A DNA stretch of 56,240 nucleotides, from contig JACRQA010000085.1 in the NCBI GenBank assembly GCA_016222915.1, forward strand, positions 1 to 56,240. The letters run 5' to 3'. This DNA comes from Nitrospirota bacterium. GTDB lineage: Bacteria; Nitrospirota; Thermodesulfovibrionia; UBA6902. The notes beneath the pieces were generated by a model. The model was not told the DNA's origin and did no database searches. It worked only from the letters and a program-made list of their open reading frames with translations. The translations under genes and the position numbers were made by a program. Positions within the stretch are counted from its first letter, which is position 1. Each line of letters opens with the position of its first letter. Of the stretch, positions 1 through 10,350 are shown one piece after another.

Positions 1-759
1 GTCGATGGCTATCTGGAGACGCTTTACCGCCAGTGGATATTCGGCCCGCACGTAGATGTAGCCCTTATGTGATTCAGTCGCAACGCCGCAGATGATCATC
101 CCTTCGATTACAGCGTGGGGGTCCGCTTCCATCACAGACCTGTCCATGAATGCCCCGGGGTCTCCTTCATCGCCGTTGCATACGACGAATTTCTCATCAG
201 CCTTGATCTTCAGTCCGAGTTCCCATTTTTTTCCCGTGGGGAAACCCGCGCCTCCTCTTCCTCTCAGGCCGGAGTCTGAAACCACCTTCACTATCTCTTC
301 CGGCTTCATCAGGGTCAGGGCCTTTGAGAGCGCCTTGTAACCATCCATCATGATGTAGTCTTCGACCCTCTCCGGGTCAATAAGTCCCTTGTTTTTGAGC
401 ACCACCAAGACCTGATGTTTGAAAAAAGGGATATCGTGTATTGAAGGTATCGCGATTTTTTTGTCCTGCTCTTTGAACGCTAATTTCTGGTAAGGTCTCC
501 CTTTAATAAAATGCTCTTCAACCAGGGCAGGGACGTCTTCAGCCTTTATGTCCTGATAAAATGTCTCATCCGGATATACGGCCATAACAGGCCCTTTAGC
601 GCAAAAGCCGTTGCAGCCCGAAAGGACCACCTTCGCCTCGCCCTGGATACCCTTCTTCTTAAATTCCTCTTCCATAGCGGCCTTGACCTTCATAGTGCCG
701 CTTGCCATACAACCTGTGCCTCCGCAAAGCATTGCATGTGAACGGACCGCGGTTTCCAT
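1..759 (-). CDS. NuoF/HndC/HydB-like NAD(P)H-binding flavoprotein subunit (3' end runs off the window)
   Basis: Not in the ORF track; read by hand. RBS AGGAGG then METAVRSHAMLCGGTGC..., N-terminal thioredoxin-like 2Fe-2S domain (CGGTGC, GCNGFC), then SGLRGRGGAGFPTGKKW, CNGDEGDPGAFMDR and YIYVRAEYP motifs. Confidence 0.93.
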   Translation of the reverse strand, partial: METAVRSHAMLCGGTGCMASGTMKVKAAMEEEFKKKGIQGEAKVVLSGCNGFCAKGPVMAVYPDETFYQDIKAEDVPALVEEHFIKGRPYQKLAFKEQDKKIAIPSIHDIPFFKHQVLVVLKNKGLIDPERVEDYIMMDGYKALSKALTLMKPEEIVKVVSDSGLRGRGGAGFPTGKKWELGLKIKADEKFVVCNGDEGDPGAFMDRSVMEADPHAVIEGMIICGVATESHKGYIYVRAEYPLAVKRLQIAID

Positions 760-774
760 GTCTTCCTCCTTCTA

Positions 775-842
775 AGGGATTAGGGATTGGGGGGGTAGGG
801 GTTAGTAAAAAACCAATCTCCAATCCCTGACCCCTAAACCCT
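775..842. repeat. Heptamer tandem repeats in two inverted arms (STRR-like hairpin)
   Basis: AGGGATT AGGGATT GGGGGGGT AGGGGTT, short A-rich spacer, then CCAATCT CCAATCC CTGACCC CTAAACC; intergenic. Confidence 0.7.
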
Positions 843-846
843 GTTT

Positions 847-1233
847 TTAGAATATTGTTTCGCCTCCGAGAGCTATCGCATATTTCCCCGCGGGATTGCC
901 GCTTAAAATGTGCTCTCTGAATATCTCCTTTATCTTCTCTTCGTTGAGGTCGCCGTATATGACAGGGGGCTGCCCCTCCAATTCAATGACTGCCATGGGC
1001 TCGCGGGAACAGAGCCCGCCGCAACCCGTGGTCTTCACCAGGATGTCTTCCCTCCCGGCAAGGGCGATCTCATTCATCAGGGCCGTCATGACATTCCTTG
1101 CGCCCGCCGCGATGCCGCAGGTCCCCATGTGCACAGTGACTTTCGCCTTGCACTCGCCTTTTCTGAGGGTGAACGTTGCCTTGTTTTGGTCCCGGATTGT
1201 CTGAAGCTCGGCTATGGTCAGCTTAGTCATCAC
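847..1233 (-). CDS. Thioredoxin-like [2Fe-2S] ferredoxin subunit (HndB/HydD-like)
   Basis: VHMGTCGIAAGA and TGCGGLCSREP motifs; directly upstream of the NuoF-like gene. Confidence 0.9.
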   Translation of the reverse strand: MMTKLTIAELQTIRDQNKATFTLRKGECKAKVTVHMGTCGIAAGARNVMTALMNEIALAGREDILVKTTGCGGLCSREPMAVIELEGQPPVIYGDLNEEKIKEIFREHILSGNPAGKYAIALGGETIF

Positions 1234-1994
1234 GCACCTCCTCCCGCCTCCTCCATCTGTCTCATCCTGATAAACTCATTGACCGCGGTCTCTACCTTTT
1301 TGCCTCTCTTTAAAGGCATGCCCCTCCAGACCTTCTGGCTCCCCATTATTTGCAAAGGAACACGCTCGTCATCGGCCTTTGTCCTGAAGTAGGGGTAGAA
1401 TGAAACGATGCTGTGAATTTCAGATGGATACATGTCCAGGCCGCGCGCAATGCGTTTCTGTATCGCAGCAGGGAGATATCCCAAAATGTCCTGGGCGTGC
1501 AGCAATGCCCTTATCGTCTGACTGGAATTTCCCTTGTACTGGCTGATCACCTTGTCCACCGTCTCAAGCATTTCCGCCGGGAATTCCTCATTCGTAACAG
1601 GCTCAAGGGCGCATTCTTTTAACCATGCGAGGGTCTCCTTAACAACGTCTTTCAGCATTGCGGGGGTAAAAGGCTTCCTCATGTGGGTGATGATGCCAAG
1701 TTTGTGTGCCTCCTTTATGGTCTCCATCTCCTGGATCAGGTGGCCTGTGACGACCACAATCCCTACAGCGGGACGGAATTGTCTCAACCACCTTATAAAA
1801 GTTATGCCGTCTATCCCCGGCATCATGAGGTCCGTGACAACAAGGTCATAATTATTGTGTTCTATTTTGTCCATCGCCTCTCTGCCGCTGAGCACTCCTT
1901 CAACGTTATACCCTTCGGGCTCAAGAGACCTCCATGCGCTCTTGATGATGATAGGGTCGTCGTCTACGACTAAAATGTTGATATGGTCTTTCAT
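1230..1994 (-). CDS. Receiver domain fused to the N-terminal helical domain of NuoE/HndA
   Basis: REC residues VVDDD, TDLMMP, TG, KP; then LLHAQDILGYLP...EIHSIVSFYPYF (NuoE N-domain pattern); no 2Fe-2S cysteines follow. Confidence 0.8.
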   Translation of the reverse strand: MKDHINILVVDDDPIIIKSAWRSLEPEGYNVEGVLSGREAMDKIEHNNYDLVVTDLMMPGIDGITFIRWLRQFRPAVGIVVVTGHLIQEMETIKEAHKLGIITHMRKPFTPAMLKDVVKETLAWLKECALEPVTNEEFPAEMLETVDKVISQYKGNSSQTIRALLHAQDILGYLPAAIQKRIARGLDMYPSEIHSIVSFYPYFRTKADDERVPLQIMGSQKVWRGMPLKRGKKVETAVNEFIRMRQMEEAGGGA

Positions 1995-2011
1995 TGCCGT
2001 TCCTCCTTTAC

Positions 2012-2041
2012 GCAGGGGGCGGGTTTAGAACCCGCCCCTAC
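2012..2041 (-). repeat. GTAG-type REP-like palindrome
   Basis: GTAGGGGCGGGTTCTAAACCCGCCCC on the minus strand; intergenic. Confidence 0.75.
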
Positions 2042-2044
2042 AAA

Positions 2045-3487
2045 TCATTTAAACTCCCAGTGCTTCCATTTGAGGTACTCGTTGACTGCATTCGCTGCCC
2101 TCCTTCCTGCCCCCATGGCGAGAATGACCGTTGCGGAACCTGTGACAATGTCTCCGCCGGCAAAGACACCTGGCTTCGACGTCATGCCTGTGCCTTCTTC
2201 AGCAACGATATAGCCGCTCCTGTTGACCATCAAGTCCGGAACGGTCTTTGTTAAGATCGGGTTGGCCCTGGTCCCAAGCGCGGGGATTGCCACGTCGATT
2301 TCAATCTGGAATTCGCTGCCCTTTATCGGGACCGGCCTTCTCCTGCCTGATTGATCAGGCTCTCCGAGTTCCATCTTTATGCATTCAACCGCGCAGACGT
2401 TCCCCTTGCCGTCATCAATGAATCTCGTCGGGTTGGTCAGCAGTGTGAATTCTATTCCTTCCTCATGCGCGTGGTGGACTTCCGCCTTCCTTGCAGGCAT
2501 CTCTTCCAGGGAACGCCTGTATATGCGATAGACCTTTTCAGCGCCGAGCCTTAACGCCACCCGTGCAGAATCCATTGCCACGTTTCCGCCGCCCAATACC
2601 GCCACCCTTTTGCCTACCTTTATAGGTGTGTCATATTCGGGGAAGAGATACGCCTTCATCAGGTTGGCCCTTGTAAGATATTCATTCGCGGAGCAGACAC
2701 CGTTGAGATTTTCACCCGGAATCCCCAGGAACATGGGCAGGCCCGCGCCTATGCAGATAAAACACGCGTCATATCCCCGCCCGTTCATCAGCTCATCAAT
2801 TGTGAAGAGCTTCCCGATCACCGCGTTCGGCACGAATTCAACACCGAGCTTCGTGATATACGCGACCTCCCGTTCCACAATTGCCTTGGGGAGCCTGAAC
2901 TCCGGTATCCCGTAGCTAAGGACGCCGCCGGCTTTGTGCAGGGCCTCAAACAATGTGACCTGGTGCCCGGCCTTTGCAAGGTCTACCGCGCAGGTCAGCC
3001 CTCCAGGGCCTGAGCCTATAACAGCTACTTTTCTCCCCGTAGACTTCGGCATATCCGGGACCTTCATATCACCGTTTGCGGCCTCATAATCGGCGACGAA
3101 TTTTTCGAGGTTCCCGATTGCAACGGGCATGCCCTTCTTCCCTGCAAGGCAGCGTGATTCACACTGGACCTCCTGGGGACAGACCCTTCCACAGACAGCG
3201 GGCAGGGCGTTTCTTTCCTTGACCTTGTAACAGGCGTCTATGAACCTTTTCTCTTTTATCAGGCTGATGAATGCGGGGATGTCCACCTCTACCGGGCAGC
3301 CCTGCCTGCAAGGTCCGTTCTTGCACGTCAAGCATCTGCCTGCTTCCTCAACCGCTTCTTCAGGCGAATACCCATAAGGGACTTCCAGGAAATTCCTCGC
3401 CCTCACGAGTGGCGGCTGCTCCCTCATCTCAACTCTGAGTTTTGCTTTTTTCTCCTCTATCTTCATCTCCATGTCATTTACCCCCAT
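2045..3487 (-). CDS. nfnB: NfnB (large subunit of electron-bifurcating transhydrogenase; GltD/SudA family)
   Basis: RCLTCKNGPCRQGCP, CGRVCPQEVQCE, GSGPGG, YGIPEFRLPK, GGGNVAMD, GGDIVTG; adjacent to the NfnA-like gene. Confidence 0.88.
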   Translation of the reverse strand: MGVNDMEMKIEEKKAKLRVEMREQPPLVRARNFLEVPYGYSPEEAVEEAGRCLTCKNGPCRQGCPVEVDIPAFISLIKEKRFIDACYKVKERNALPAVCGRVCPQEVQCESRCLAGKKGMPVAIGNLEKFVADYEAANGDMKVPDMPKSTGRKVAVIGSGPGGLTCAVDLAKAGHQVTLFEALHKAGGVLSYGIPEFRLPKAIVEREVAYITKLGVEFVPNAVIGKLFTIDELMNGRGYDACFICIGAGLPMFLGIPGENLNGVCSANEYLTRANLMKAYLFPEYDTPIKVGKRVAVLGGGNVAMDSARVALRLGAEKVYRIYRRSLEEMPARKAEVHHAHEEGIEFTLLTNPTRFIDDGKGNVCAVECIKMELGEPDQSGRRRPVPIKGSEFQIEIDVAIPALGTRANPILTKTVPDLMVNRSGYIVAEEGTGMTSKPGVFAGGDIVTGSATVILAMGAGRRAANAVNEYLKWKHWEFK

Positions 3488-4304
3488 TCCCTTTCCCGCC
3501 GCACCTGGCCGTATGCTCCTCGGGGATATACGCCTGGAGCCTTTTCATAAGCAGATCAAAATCGACCTGATGACCGTCAAATTCAGGACCGTCCACGCAG
3601 GTGTATTTTGTCTCTCCACCGATTTCCACCCTGCACCCGCCGCACATCCCTGTTGCATCAATCATGATCGAATTCAGGCTTACGACAGTCTTCACATTGT
3701 ATTTTTCCGTTGTCTTGCAAACGAACTTCATCATGATCGCCGGACCTATGGCCACCACAAGATCGACCTTCTCATTCATCATGATCTCTTCGAGGGGAAC
3801 AGTCACCAATGCCTTTGTGCCGTAAGAGCCGTCATCCGTGGTGACGATCAGATCATCCGATACGCCGCGCATCTTTTCTTCCCAGAACAGTATTGATTTT
3901 GAACGCGCGCCGATAATCGACGTGACCTTATTACCCGCCTCCTTGAGCGCCCTTGCTATCGGATAAACAGGGGCTATTCCCACCCCGCCACCCACGCACA
4001 CGACCCTGCCGAAATTTTCAATATGCGAATGATTGCCGAGAGGGCCGATAACATCGGTCAGAAAATCGCCCTCATTAAAAGTGCCAAGGTGATTGGTCGT
4101 CTTGCCGACCTTCTGAAAGACAGTGGTTATGGTCCCTCTGCCGCTGTCGAAGTCGGCGATAGTCAGCGGTATCCTCTCCCCCTGTTCATGGGTCCTGAGT
4201 ATGAAAAAATTTCCCGCCCTCGCCTTTCGCGCAATGTCCCCTGCCTCGATATCGAACAGGGTTATCTGCTCCGAAAGGTCCTCCTTCTTCAAGATTTTAT
4301 ACAT
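3474..4304 (-). CDS. nfnA: NfnA (small subunit; PyrK/SudB-like FAD and 2Fe-2S protein)
   Basis: ERIPLTIAD, GGGVGIAP, DATGMCGGCRV...CVDGPEF; start placed at ATG 4304 (MYKILKK) after a GAGGAGG RBS. Confidence 0.88.
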   Translation of the reverse strand: MYKILKKEDLSEQITLFDIEAGDIARKARAGNFFILRTHEQGERIPLTIADFDSGRGTITTVFQKVGKTTNHLGTFNEGDFLTDVIGPLGNHSHIENFGRVVCVGGGVGIAPVYPIARALKEAGNKVTSIIGARSKSILFWEEKMRGVSDDLIVTTDDGSYGTKALVTVPLEEIMMNEKVDLVVAIGPAIMMKFVCKTTEKYNVKTVVSLNSIMIDATGMCGGCRVEIGGETKYTCVDGPEFDGHQVDFDLLMKRLQAYIPEEHTARCGGKGNGGK

Positions 4305-4400
4305 TCCCTTATGCCTCCTCTCTCGCTTAAATTCGCCCACATTATTAACATCTCTCCTGGATACATTCCTTAGCTTGATTGTCAGATAATTACTCAGTCC

Positions 4401-4494
4401 TGTAAATCGAAGGATAAATGAAGGTTTTGATGAAGAGATTTCTTATAGCGGCTTAAGTTGATTTTCTTATGGAAGGTATCGGGAATTTACTTAT
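4401..4494 (-). promoter_or_regulatory. Regulatory cassette with three ~17-bp imperfect palindromes spaced 24 bp apart, upstream of nfnA
   Basis: Elements ending in CTTAT at 4446, 4470 and 4494; region aligns by eye with 5316-5386. Confidence 0.55.
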
Positions 4495-4534
4495 GGTGGG
4501 AATTTGCCTTTTTGAATCTTAACCCGTGAATCAT

Positions 4535-4561
4535 GTGGGCGGGGGGGGACCCCGCCCCTAC
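4535..4561 (-). repeat. GTAG-type REP-like palindrome
   Basis: GTAGGGGCGGGGTCCCCCCCCGCCCAC immediately after a stop codon. Confidence 0.7.
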
Positions 4562-4562
4562 A

Positions 4563-5231
4563 TCAGTAAATGGCCTTGACCGCGTGAATGAAGACATCGC
4601 GCGTGTCCTTTAACTGCAGCTTGATCTTGATGTGCTCTATGTAAGTCTCAACGGTCTTGACACTGAGGTTCAGCCGCTCCGCTATTTCATGCTTCTTCAT
4701 CCCCTGGCCGATTAGCTGGTACACCTCCAGCTCGCGGTTGCTGAGCGGCTTTGCAGGGGCGTCAAGGCCTTCAAACCTGTTTTTGGCAAATTTGTGCAGG
4801 AGCTGAACATTTAATTTATCGCTTACATAAATATCTCCGTTCAGGACCGTCCTTATTGCCGATATCAATTCCCTGGAAGACTCCTGCTTCATTATATAGC
4901 CCCTGGCCCCCGCCTTCAGGCAGCGCTCGGCATATGTGGCTTCGTCATGCATGGAGAGCACCAGGACCAATATCCCGGGATTGGAATAAGTAAGGTTCTC
5001 TATAAGCCTGATGCCGCTGCCGTCTCCAAGGCTGATATCCACTATCGCGATATCAGGCTTACTGTCTGAAATAGCGTGAAATGCGTCTGTAACATTGTCC
5101 GCCTCTCCGCATATGACAAGGTCTTCTTCACTTTCAAGAAGGCGTGAAAGCCCTTCGCGCAAAATGGCGTGGTCATCAACAATAAAGACATTCTTCTTTT
5201 GGACCTTATTTTCGATCTCCATCGTTATCAT
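4563..5231 (-). CDS. NarL/FixJ-family response regulator (REC + LuxR HTH)
   Basis: IVDDHAILREG, DISL, LSMHDE, LSNRELEV...LNLSVKTVETY. Confidence 0.95.
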   Translation of the reverse strand: MITMEIENKVQKKNVFIVDDHAILREGLSRLLESEEDLVICGEADNVTDAFHAISDSKPDIAIVDISLGDGSGIRLIENLTYSNPGILVLVLSMHDEATYAERCLKAGARGYIMKQESSRELISAIRTVLNGDIYVSDKLNVQLLHKFAKNRFEGLDAPAKPLSNRELEVYQLIGQGMKKHEIAERLNLSVKTVETYIEHIKIKLQLKDTRDVFIHAVKAIY

Positions 5232-5315
5232 GTTTTATTCCCCTTGCGTTCCCTTTCACTCATGCATATCTGATGGGCGCTTTCCATAGTAAAATTGTGA
5301 GACAAATCCGTTGCC

Positions 5316-5386
5316 TTGTAAATCGATAGAAGATGGTAGGATTGATATAAGAATTTTCTTATGCCGGATTAAGTAATATTCCCTAT
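5316..5386 (-). promoter_or_regulatory. Second copy of the regulatory cassette, upstream of the NarL-type regulator
   Basis: TGTAAATCGA...TATAAGAATTTTCTTAT...TAAGTAATATTCCCTAT, similar to 4401-4494. Confidence 0.55.
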
Positions 5387-5407
5387 CTTCGGAGGTCCGG
5401 CATTTAA

Positions 5408-5794
5408 CTATATAAATGTTACCTTATTGGTTGCGGTAACCACTACAAAAAAGCGCTCATTATTGCTTTTTCTGTCTGCAGGTATTACAAAGAAGCCCTG
5501 GCGGTTCGGGGAGTATCCCTGTGAAAACCCGATGACCGTCTCCCCGTCATTAAACTCTATCCGGACCTTACGCCCGCCTCCGGGAACAACGTCGGAATAT
5601 TCTTCCTTGTGGTCCTTATTGCCCTCCAGGTCCTTAACGAAAAACAGCGCCTTCAACCTTTCAACATCGATCTGCACTATTTCTCCACTCATAAGCGTAA
5701 GATGGAACTCCTTCTTGGTGGGGAAAAAATCAGCGGTTGTCCCTTTCATTAAGGTACCGTCTTTAAACCTGGCCACTACTTTATTGAGAATCAT
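5408..5794 (-). CDS. Conserved hypothetical protein with an internal two-fold repeat (DUF6982-like, from recall)
   Basis: KVVARFKDGTLMKG...DFFP and KVRIEFNDGETVIG...YSP halves; LKALFFVK and SNNER motifs. Confidence 0.7.
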   Translation of the reverse strand: MILNKVVARFKDGTLMKGTTADFFPTKKEFHLTLMSGEIVQIDVERLKALFFVKDLEGNKDHKEEYSDVVPGGGRKVRIEFNDGETVIGFSQGYSPNRQGFFVIPADRKSNNERFFVVVTATNKVTFI

Positions 5795-5939
5795 ATCGAC
5801 CCTTTGTTGTCAATTAACATTAATATTTTTCTCCTCCATGTTATTTTTTATATTTTCGGAAGAGAAAATAATTTCTTTAGAAATAATACCATGCGGATCA
5901 GGCATAGATAAAGTTGCGATGGAACTGGAAAGGGGAACG

Positions 5940-7247
5940 TTACTGATATGCGCTCTCTCCCAGTACGCCCATCACCCACAGGAGGTTTACCTTTGCAGTC
6001 AAATAATCCCGCCAGGCGCGGGTAAGATTGCCTTTTGCCTGCTGGAGGTTTAGCTCCGCGTCTTCGACCTCAAGCCTGATCTTCACTCCCAGTTCATATC
6101 CCTTCTCAGACAGGGACAACAGTTTCTCAGCCTGTTCCACCGTGCCTGAAAGCGCGTCCACTATCTGCTTTGATTCCTGCACGTCATTCAGCGCTTCACG
6201 GGCCTGCAGTGCAATGGAATCTGAGAGCTTTTCCTCGTCTATCTTAATACTGCTGAGGTCGCTCCTGGCCTGGGCCACCCTTCCCCTGGTGCGCATCCCG
6301 TCAAAGAAGGGAAACGACAGGTACATCCCGGCGCTCCATGCCCTGCCGTCCAGGTCCATGTCTATGCTATCGACATCTTTCCATCCGTATCCACCCCTGA
6401 ACTCAAGACGCGGCTTGTCATCGGCGTTTGCTATTGTGACCAGCTCGCCCGCAATATTGATTCGGTAACGAAGGTCCCGCACCTCAGGTCTCTTCTCAAG
6501 GGCGGTCTTATATATCAGGGCATAATCCTGGACCGCCGCGAAATCACCCGCTTCCAGACTGCCGGTCACCTCAATGCTGTCATCAATAGCAAGCAGAAAA
6601 CGCAGCCTGTCAAGGGAATCGCGTATCCGGTTTTCCGTGCGTATGACCTCAGGCCGCGCATTCTTGACAGCCACCTCAGCGGCCAGTATCTCATAGTCTG
6701 TAGCAATACCCGCACTGTATTTGCGACGGGCCTCATCAAGGTGCCGTTCCTTCTGGCCGAGGTCCTGAAGGGCAATCGCATGTAATTCCCTTGAGAGAAG
6801 CACATTATAAAAGGCAATGGAGACGTCCCGGTAAGCCGCCTGCCGGTAAAACCTGAGCCGCTCCTCCGCGGTTTTAAGCCCCTCCTCTGCCGCCCTTATC
6901 GCGGCGCCGACCTTGCCCCATGTAAACAACGTCTGGGTAAGGCCGATCTCCCCGGAATATATCTCCTGCCTGTCAGGGAGCAGACTGGTCTCGTCCCTGC
7001 TGGTGATCGCAGAGCCGTTCAGGGAAAGTTGTGGAAATGCCGCAGCCCTCTCTTCAACATATTTCCCCTGCACCCAGCGGAAGTATTCCCTGGCCTTTTG
7101 GATATCGCGGTTTTTTTCTGCGGCTATATCAAGGGCCTGCTGCATGGTCAAGACCTGTACTTCCCCGGCTGTTGCGGGAAGGGGCAGCAAAAGGGCCATG
7201 AGCAATAATGCAAGTGTGAAATAAAATAATGATGCTGACCTCTTCAC
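5940..7247 (-). CDS. TolC-family outer membrane efflux protein
   Basis: Signal peptide, two OEP-like repeats, last gene of the RND operon. Confidence 0.92.
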   Translation of the reverse strand: MKRSASLFYFTLALLLMALLLPLPATAGEVQVLTMQQALDIAAEKNRDIQKAREYFRWVQGKYVEERAAAFPQLSLNGSAITSRDETSLLPDRQEIYSGEIGLTQTLFTWGKVGAAIRAAEEGLKTAEERLRFYRQAAYRDVSIAFYNVLLSRELHAIALQDLGQKERHLDEARRKYSAGIATDYEILAAEVAVKNARPEVIRTENRIRDSLDRLRFLLAIDDSIEVTGSLEAGDFAAVQDYALIYKTALEKRPEVRDLRYRINIAGELVTIANADDKPRLEFRGGYGWKDVDSIDMDLDGRAWSAGMYLSFPFFDGMRTRGRVAQARSDLSSIKIDEEKLSDSIALQAREALNDVQESKQIVDALSGTVEQAEKLLSLSEKGYELGVKIRLEVEDAELNLQQAKGNLTRAWRDYLTAKVNLLWVMGVLGESAYQ

Positions 7248-10200
7248 GTCGTCACCGCCTTTTTAACTCCAAAGCGTTTCCTTGCCCGGACGCTGAAATC
7301 ATCCAACAGCGTGTACACCACCGGGACGACAAGCAGTGTAAGTACAGTCGATGTCAGGAGTCCGCCGATTACGGCGCGGGCCATAGGCGCGCGCATCTCA
7401 GCGCCGGAGCCGAGGGCAAAGGCAAGGGGCATCATGCCGAAGATCATTGCAAGTGTTGTCATTAATATGGGCCTCAGCCTCGTCCTTCCGGCTGTTATGA
7501 CCGCCTCGTTCCTCTCCATGCCGCGTCCCTGCAGCACCTTTGCGTAGTCCACAAGGAGGATGGCATTTTTTGTGACTAAGCCCATGAGCATTATCAGGCC
7601 GATGAGCGACATGATGTTTATCGTGTCGCCTGTGAGGAACAACATCGCCGCCATGCCTACAATGGAAAGCGGCAAAGAAAGCATAATGGCCATGGGTTCG
7701 AGAAACGATTCAAACTGCGCCGCAAGTATGAGATAAACGAGTACTATCGCAAGGAGAAGAGACTCTCCCATGTATCCGAAGGACTCTGCCATGTCCTCTG
7801 CCTCTCCTGAAAAAACTATCTTATACCCAGGCTCCATCGTGATCCCCTCCACGGCCTTCTGCACCTTGCTCACCGCAGTGCCGATAGGCACCCCATCAAG
7901 GTTAGCGGTTATCACGACCTCACGGGTGAGGGCCTGCCGGTTGATCTCCGAGGGAGAATTGCTGACCTCATAAGATGCAATATTGGAAAGGGGCATAAGG
8001 ACGGACGGCCCGTTTCCCCTCTGTACAGTAAGCCTCAGGTTCTGCACCTGAGCAGGGTCCTGGCGCAGGTGTTCGGGTAGCCGGACCCGCACATCTACTG
8101 AATCTCCGTCTTCATCTTCATAGGTTGTGACCGCTTCTCCGCCTACAAGCGCGCCCACAGTACGTACAATGCGGTCGGTCATGATCCCGGCATTCACCGC
8201 CTTTTCCCTGTCAACCGTAAGCTGATATTCCGGGATGTCATTCTCCAGTGTAGCTTCAATATCGACAATACCGGGGATTGCATACATTTTGTCCTTCAGC
8301 TCAGCAGAATACTTTTTCAACAATGCAATATCTTCTCCCCTCACATTTACAACAAGGGGTTTAATGCTGCTTCCCACACCGCCTGCTTCCTCAATGGAAA
8401 TCTTTATCCCCGGTATGCGCTGAAGTCTGCTGCGGACGTCACGCTGAATATCGTCCTGTATCCTTTCCCTCTCAGATCTTTCCTTGAGCTTTACATAGAG
8501 CACGCCGCTTTGCACTGTCCCGCTGTCGCCTGCGCCTACTGTAGAATAGGTGTGATCGATCTCGGGAATATCTTTAAGCGCTGCGAGCATCGCGTTAAGG
8601 CGGCCTCGGCTTTCGCTGATAGATGCGTCCGGGGCTGTCTTGAAAGTCACCTGGAATTCACCCTTGTCAAAATTGGTCATGAAGGCGGATTCAAGCATTC
8701 CGAATATCATGATCCCTCCGACAAAGGCCGCCAACGCGGAGAACAGGATTGTCTTGCGATGTCCCAGCGCCCAGGCGATCAGGCCACGATAACGTTCAGC
8801 CATTCGTTCAAACATGTCATTGAATCTGTCGAGCATACGTGAGATGAAGCCACGCCGCCCTCCCCTGTGAATGGCCGGATCATGCCAGCGCGAAGACAGC
8901 ATGGGGTCAAGCGTAAAGGACACAAGAAGAGATACGGAGACTGCAAAAGCCACAGTGATGCCGAAGGAGAAGAAGAACCTGCCGACGATGCCTTTCATAA
9001 AAGCCACCGGAACAAATACGGCAAGTATGGACATGGTCGTGGCAAAGACCGCAAGCCCTATCTCGCTCGTGCCGCTGCGCGCTGCTGCGAAATGGTCTTC
9101 TCCTTTTTCGAGATGACGGACTATATTTTCCCGCACGACAATGGCGTCGTCTATCAGGAGACCTATTGCAAGCGAGAGCGCCATAAGCGTCATGATGTTG
9201 AGCGTCATGCCGAGCGCGTTCATGATGATAAATGATGAGATGACGGATATAGGCAGCGTGATCCCGGTTATGACCGTAGAGCGCCACGAGTTTATAAAGC
9301 AGAAGACTATGAGGACTGTGAGAAAGCCGCCGATGATCATAGTCTCCTGCACATCCTTAAGAGAATCAAGCGTCATGATCGATGCATCGCGGACTATCTC
9401 CAGCGTGACGGTCTCCGGAAGTTCGGACTGCAATTGGTCCACGCGCTTTTTGATCGCGTTTACTACATCAACCATGTTCGCACCGGACTGCTTTTGAATG
9501 TCAAGCGCCACCGCCGGGATGCCGTTTACAAGAGCAAGTGAGCGCTCCTCTTCAATCCCGTCAACCACCTCCGCGACTTCTGAAAGCCTGATAGGCCTGC
9601 CGTCACGTTCAGCAATTACCATAGAGCGGAACTGGTCAACCCGGTCAGGCTTTCCAGCCACGCGAAGCGGGTATTCCGTATTGCCCCGGTTCAGCCTTCC
9701 AAGCGGGGTATTCACATTTTCCGACCTCAATCCGTTTATCACAGTGTCAACACCAATGCCGAGGGACTCGACACGGACCGGGTCTATGACAACATTGACC
9801 TCCCTCTTTGCAGAGCCGACAAGATCGACCTTACCCACCCCGGCAACGGTTTCAAGCCGGCGCTTTATCTTCTTTTCAACCAGAAGAGTAAGGTCCCGGC
9901 TTGATAAGGACGATGAGCGCACGGCAACCGATATGACCGGCAGGGCGTTGAAATCGAGCTTCTGTATAATGGGGTCTTCGATTCCGAGGGGCAGCTCGCC
10001 CCGGACAGCGTTGATCTTGGCACGTGTCTCCTGCGCCACTTCATTGATCTTTTCTTCAAGACGATATTCCACCACAACAGTGGAGACGCCTTCGCGTGAA
10101 TATGAGATGACGCGCTTAACCCCGGCAACAGGGTTTACCGCCTCCTCGATCTTCTTTGTCAATTCCCTCTCAACGCTCTCAGGAGATGCGCCCGGGAATT

Positions 10201-10348
10201 TCGTCACAATCGATACCACGGGGATCTCGACGTTGGGATACATTTCAACAGAAAGGCGGCGGTACGAGAATATGCCCAGTACAACAAGGGTCAGCATCAT
10301 GACCGCTGCAAGCACAGGTCTTTTTATGGAAAGGTCGGAAAGAAGCAT
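7244..10348 (-). CDS. RND efflux permease (AcrB/MdtBC family)
   Basis: 1034 aa; SIKRP start, [31 protein letters not shown]. Confidence 0.96.
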   Translation of the reverse strand: MLLSDLSIKRPVLAAVMMLTLVVLGIFSYRRLSVEMYPNVEIPVVSIVTKFPGASPESVERELTKKIEEAVNPVAGVKRVISYSREGVSTVVVEYRLEEKINEVAQETRAKINAVRGELPLGIEDPIIQKLDFNALPVISVAVRSSSLSSRDLTLLVEKKIKRRLETVAGVGKVDLVGSAKREVNVVIDPVRVESLGIGVDTVINGLRSENVNTPLGRLNRGNTEYPLRVAGKPDRVDQFRSMVIAERDGRPIRLSEVAEVVDGIEEERSLALVNGIPAVALDIQKQSGANMVDVVNAIKKRVDQLQSELPETVTLEIVRDASIMTLDSLKDVQETMIIGGFLTVLIVFCFINSWRSTVITGITLPISVISSFIIMNALGMTLNIMTLMALSLAIGLLIDDAIVVRENIVRHLEKGEDHFAAARSGTSEIGLAVFATTMSILAVFVPVAFMKGIVGRFFFSFGITVAFAVSVSLLVSFTLDPMLSSRWHDPAIHRGGRRGFISRMLDRFNDMFERMAERYRGLIAWALGHRKTILFSALAAFVGGIMIFGMLESAFMTNFDKGEFQVTFKTAPDASISESRGRLNAMLAALKDIPEIDHTYSTVGAGDSGTVQSGVLYVKLKERSERERIQDDIQRDVRSRLQRIPGIKISIEEAGGVGSSIKPLVVNVRGEDIALLKKYSAELKDKMYAIPGIVDIEATLENDIPEYQLTVDREKAVNAGIMTDRIVRTVGALVGGEAVTTYEDEDGDSVDVRVRLPEHLRQDPAQVQNLRLTVQRGNGPSVLMPLSNIASYEVSNSPSEINRQALTREVVITANLDGVPIGTAVSKVQKAVEGITMEPGYKIVFSGEAEDMAESFGYMGESLLLAIVLVYLILAAQFESFLEPMAIMLSLPLSIVGMAAMLFLTGDTINIMSLIGLIMLMGLVTKNAILLVDYAKVLQGRGMERNEAVITAGRTRLRPILMTTLAMIFGMMPLAFALGSGAEMRAPMARAVIGGLLTSTVLTLLVVPVVYTLLDDFSVRARKRFGVKKAVTT

Positions 10349-10350
10349 CC

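Noticed and set aside
2045-3487. Glutamate synthase small subunit (gltD)
   Set aside because: No gltB nearby; paired with an NfnA/PyrK-like gene, so NfnAB is the better call.
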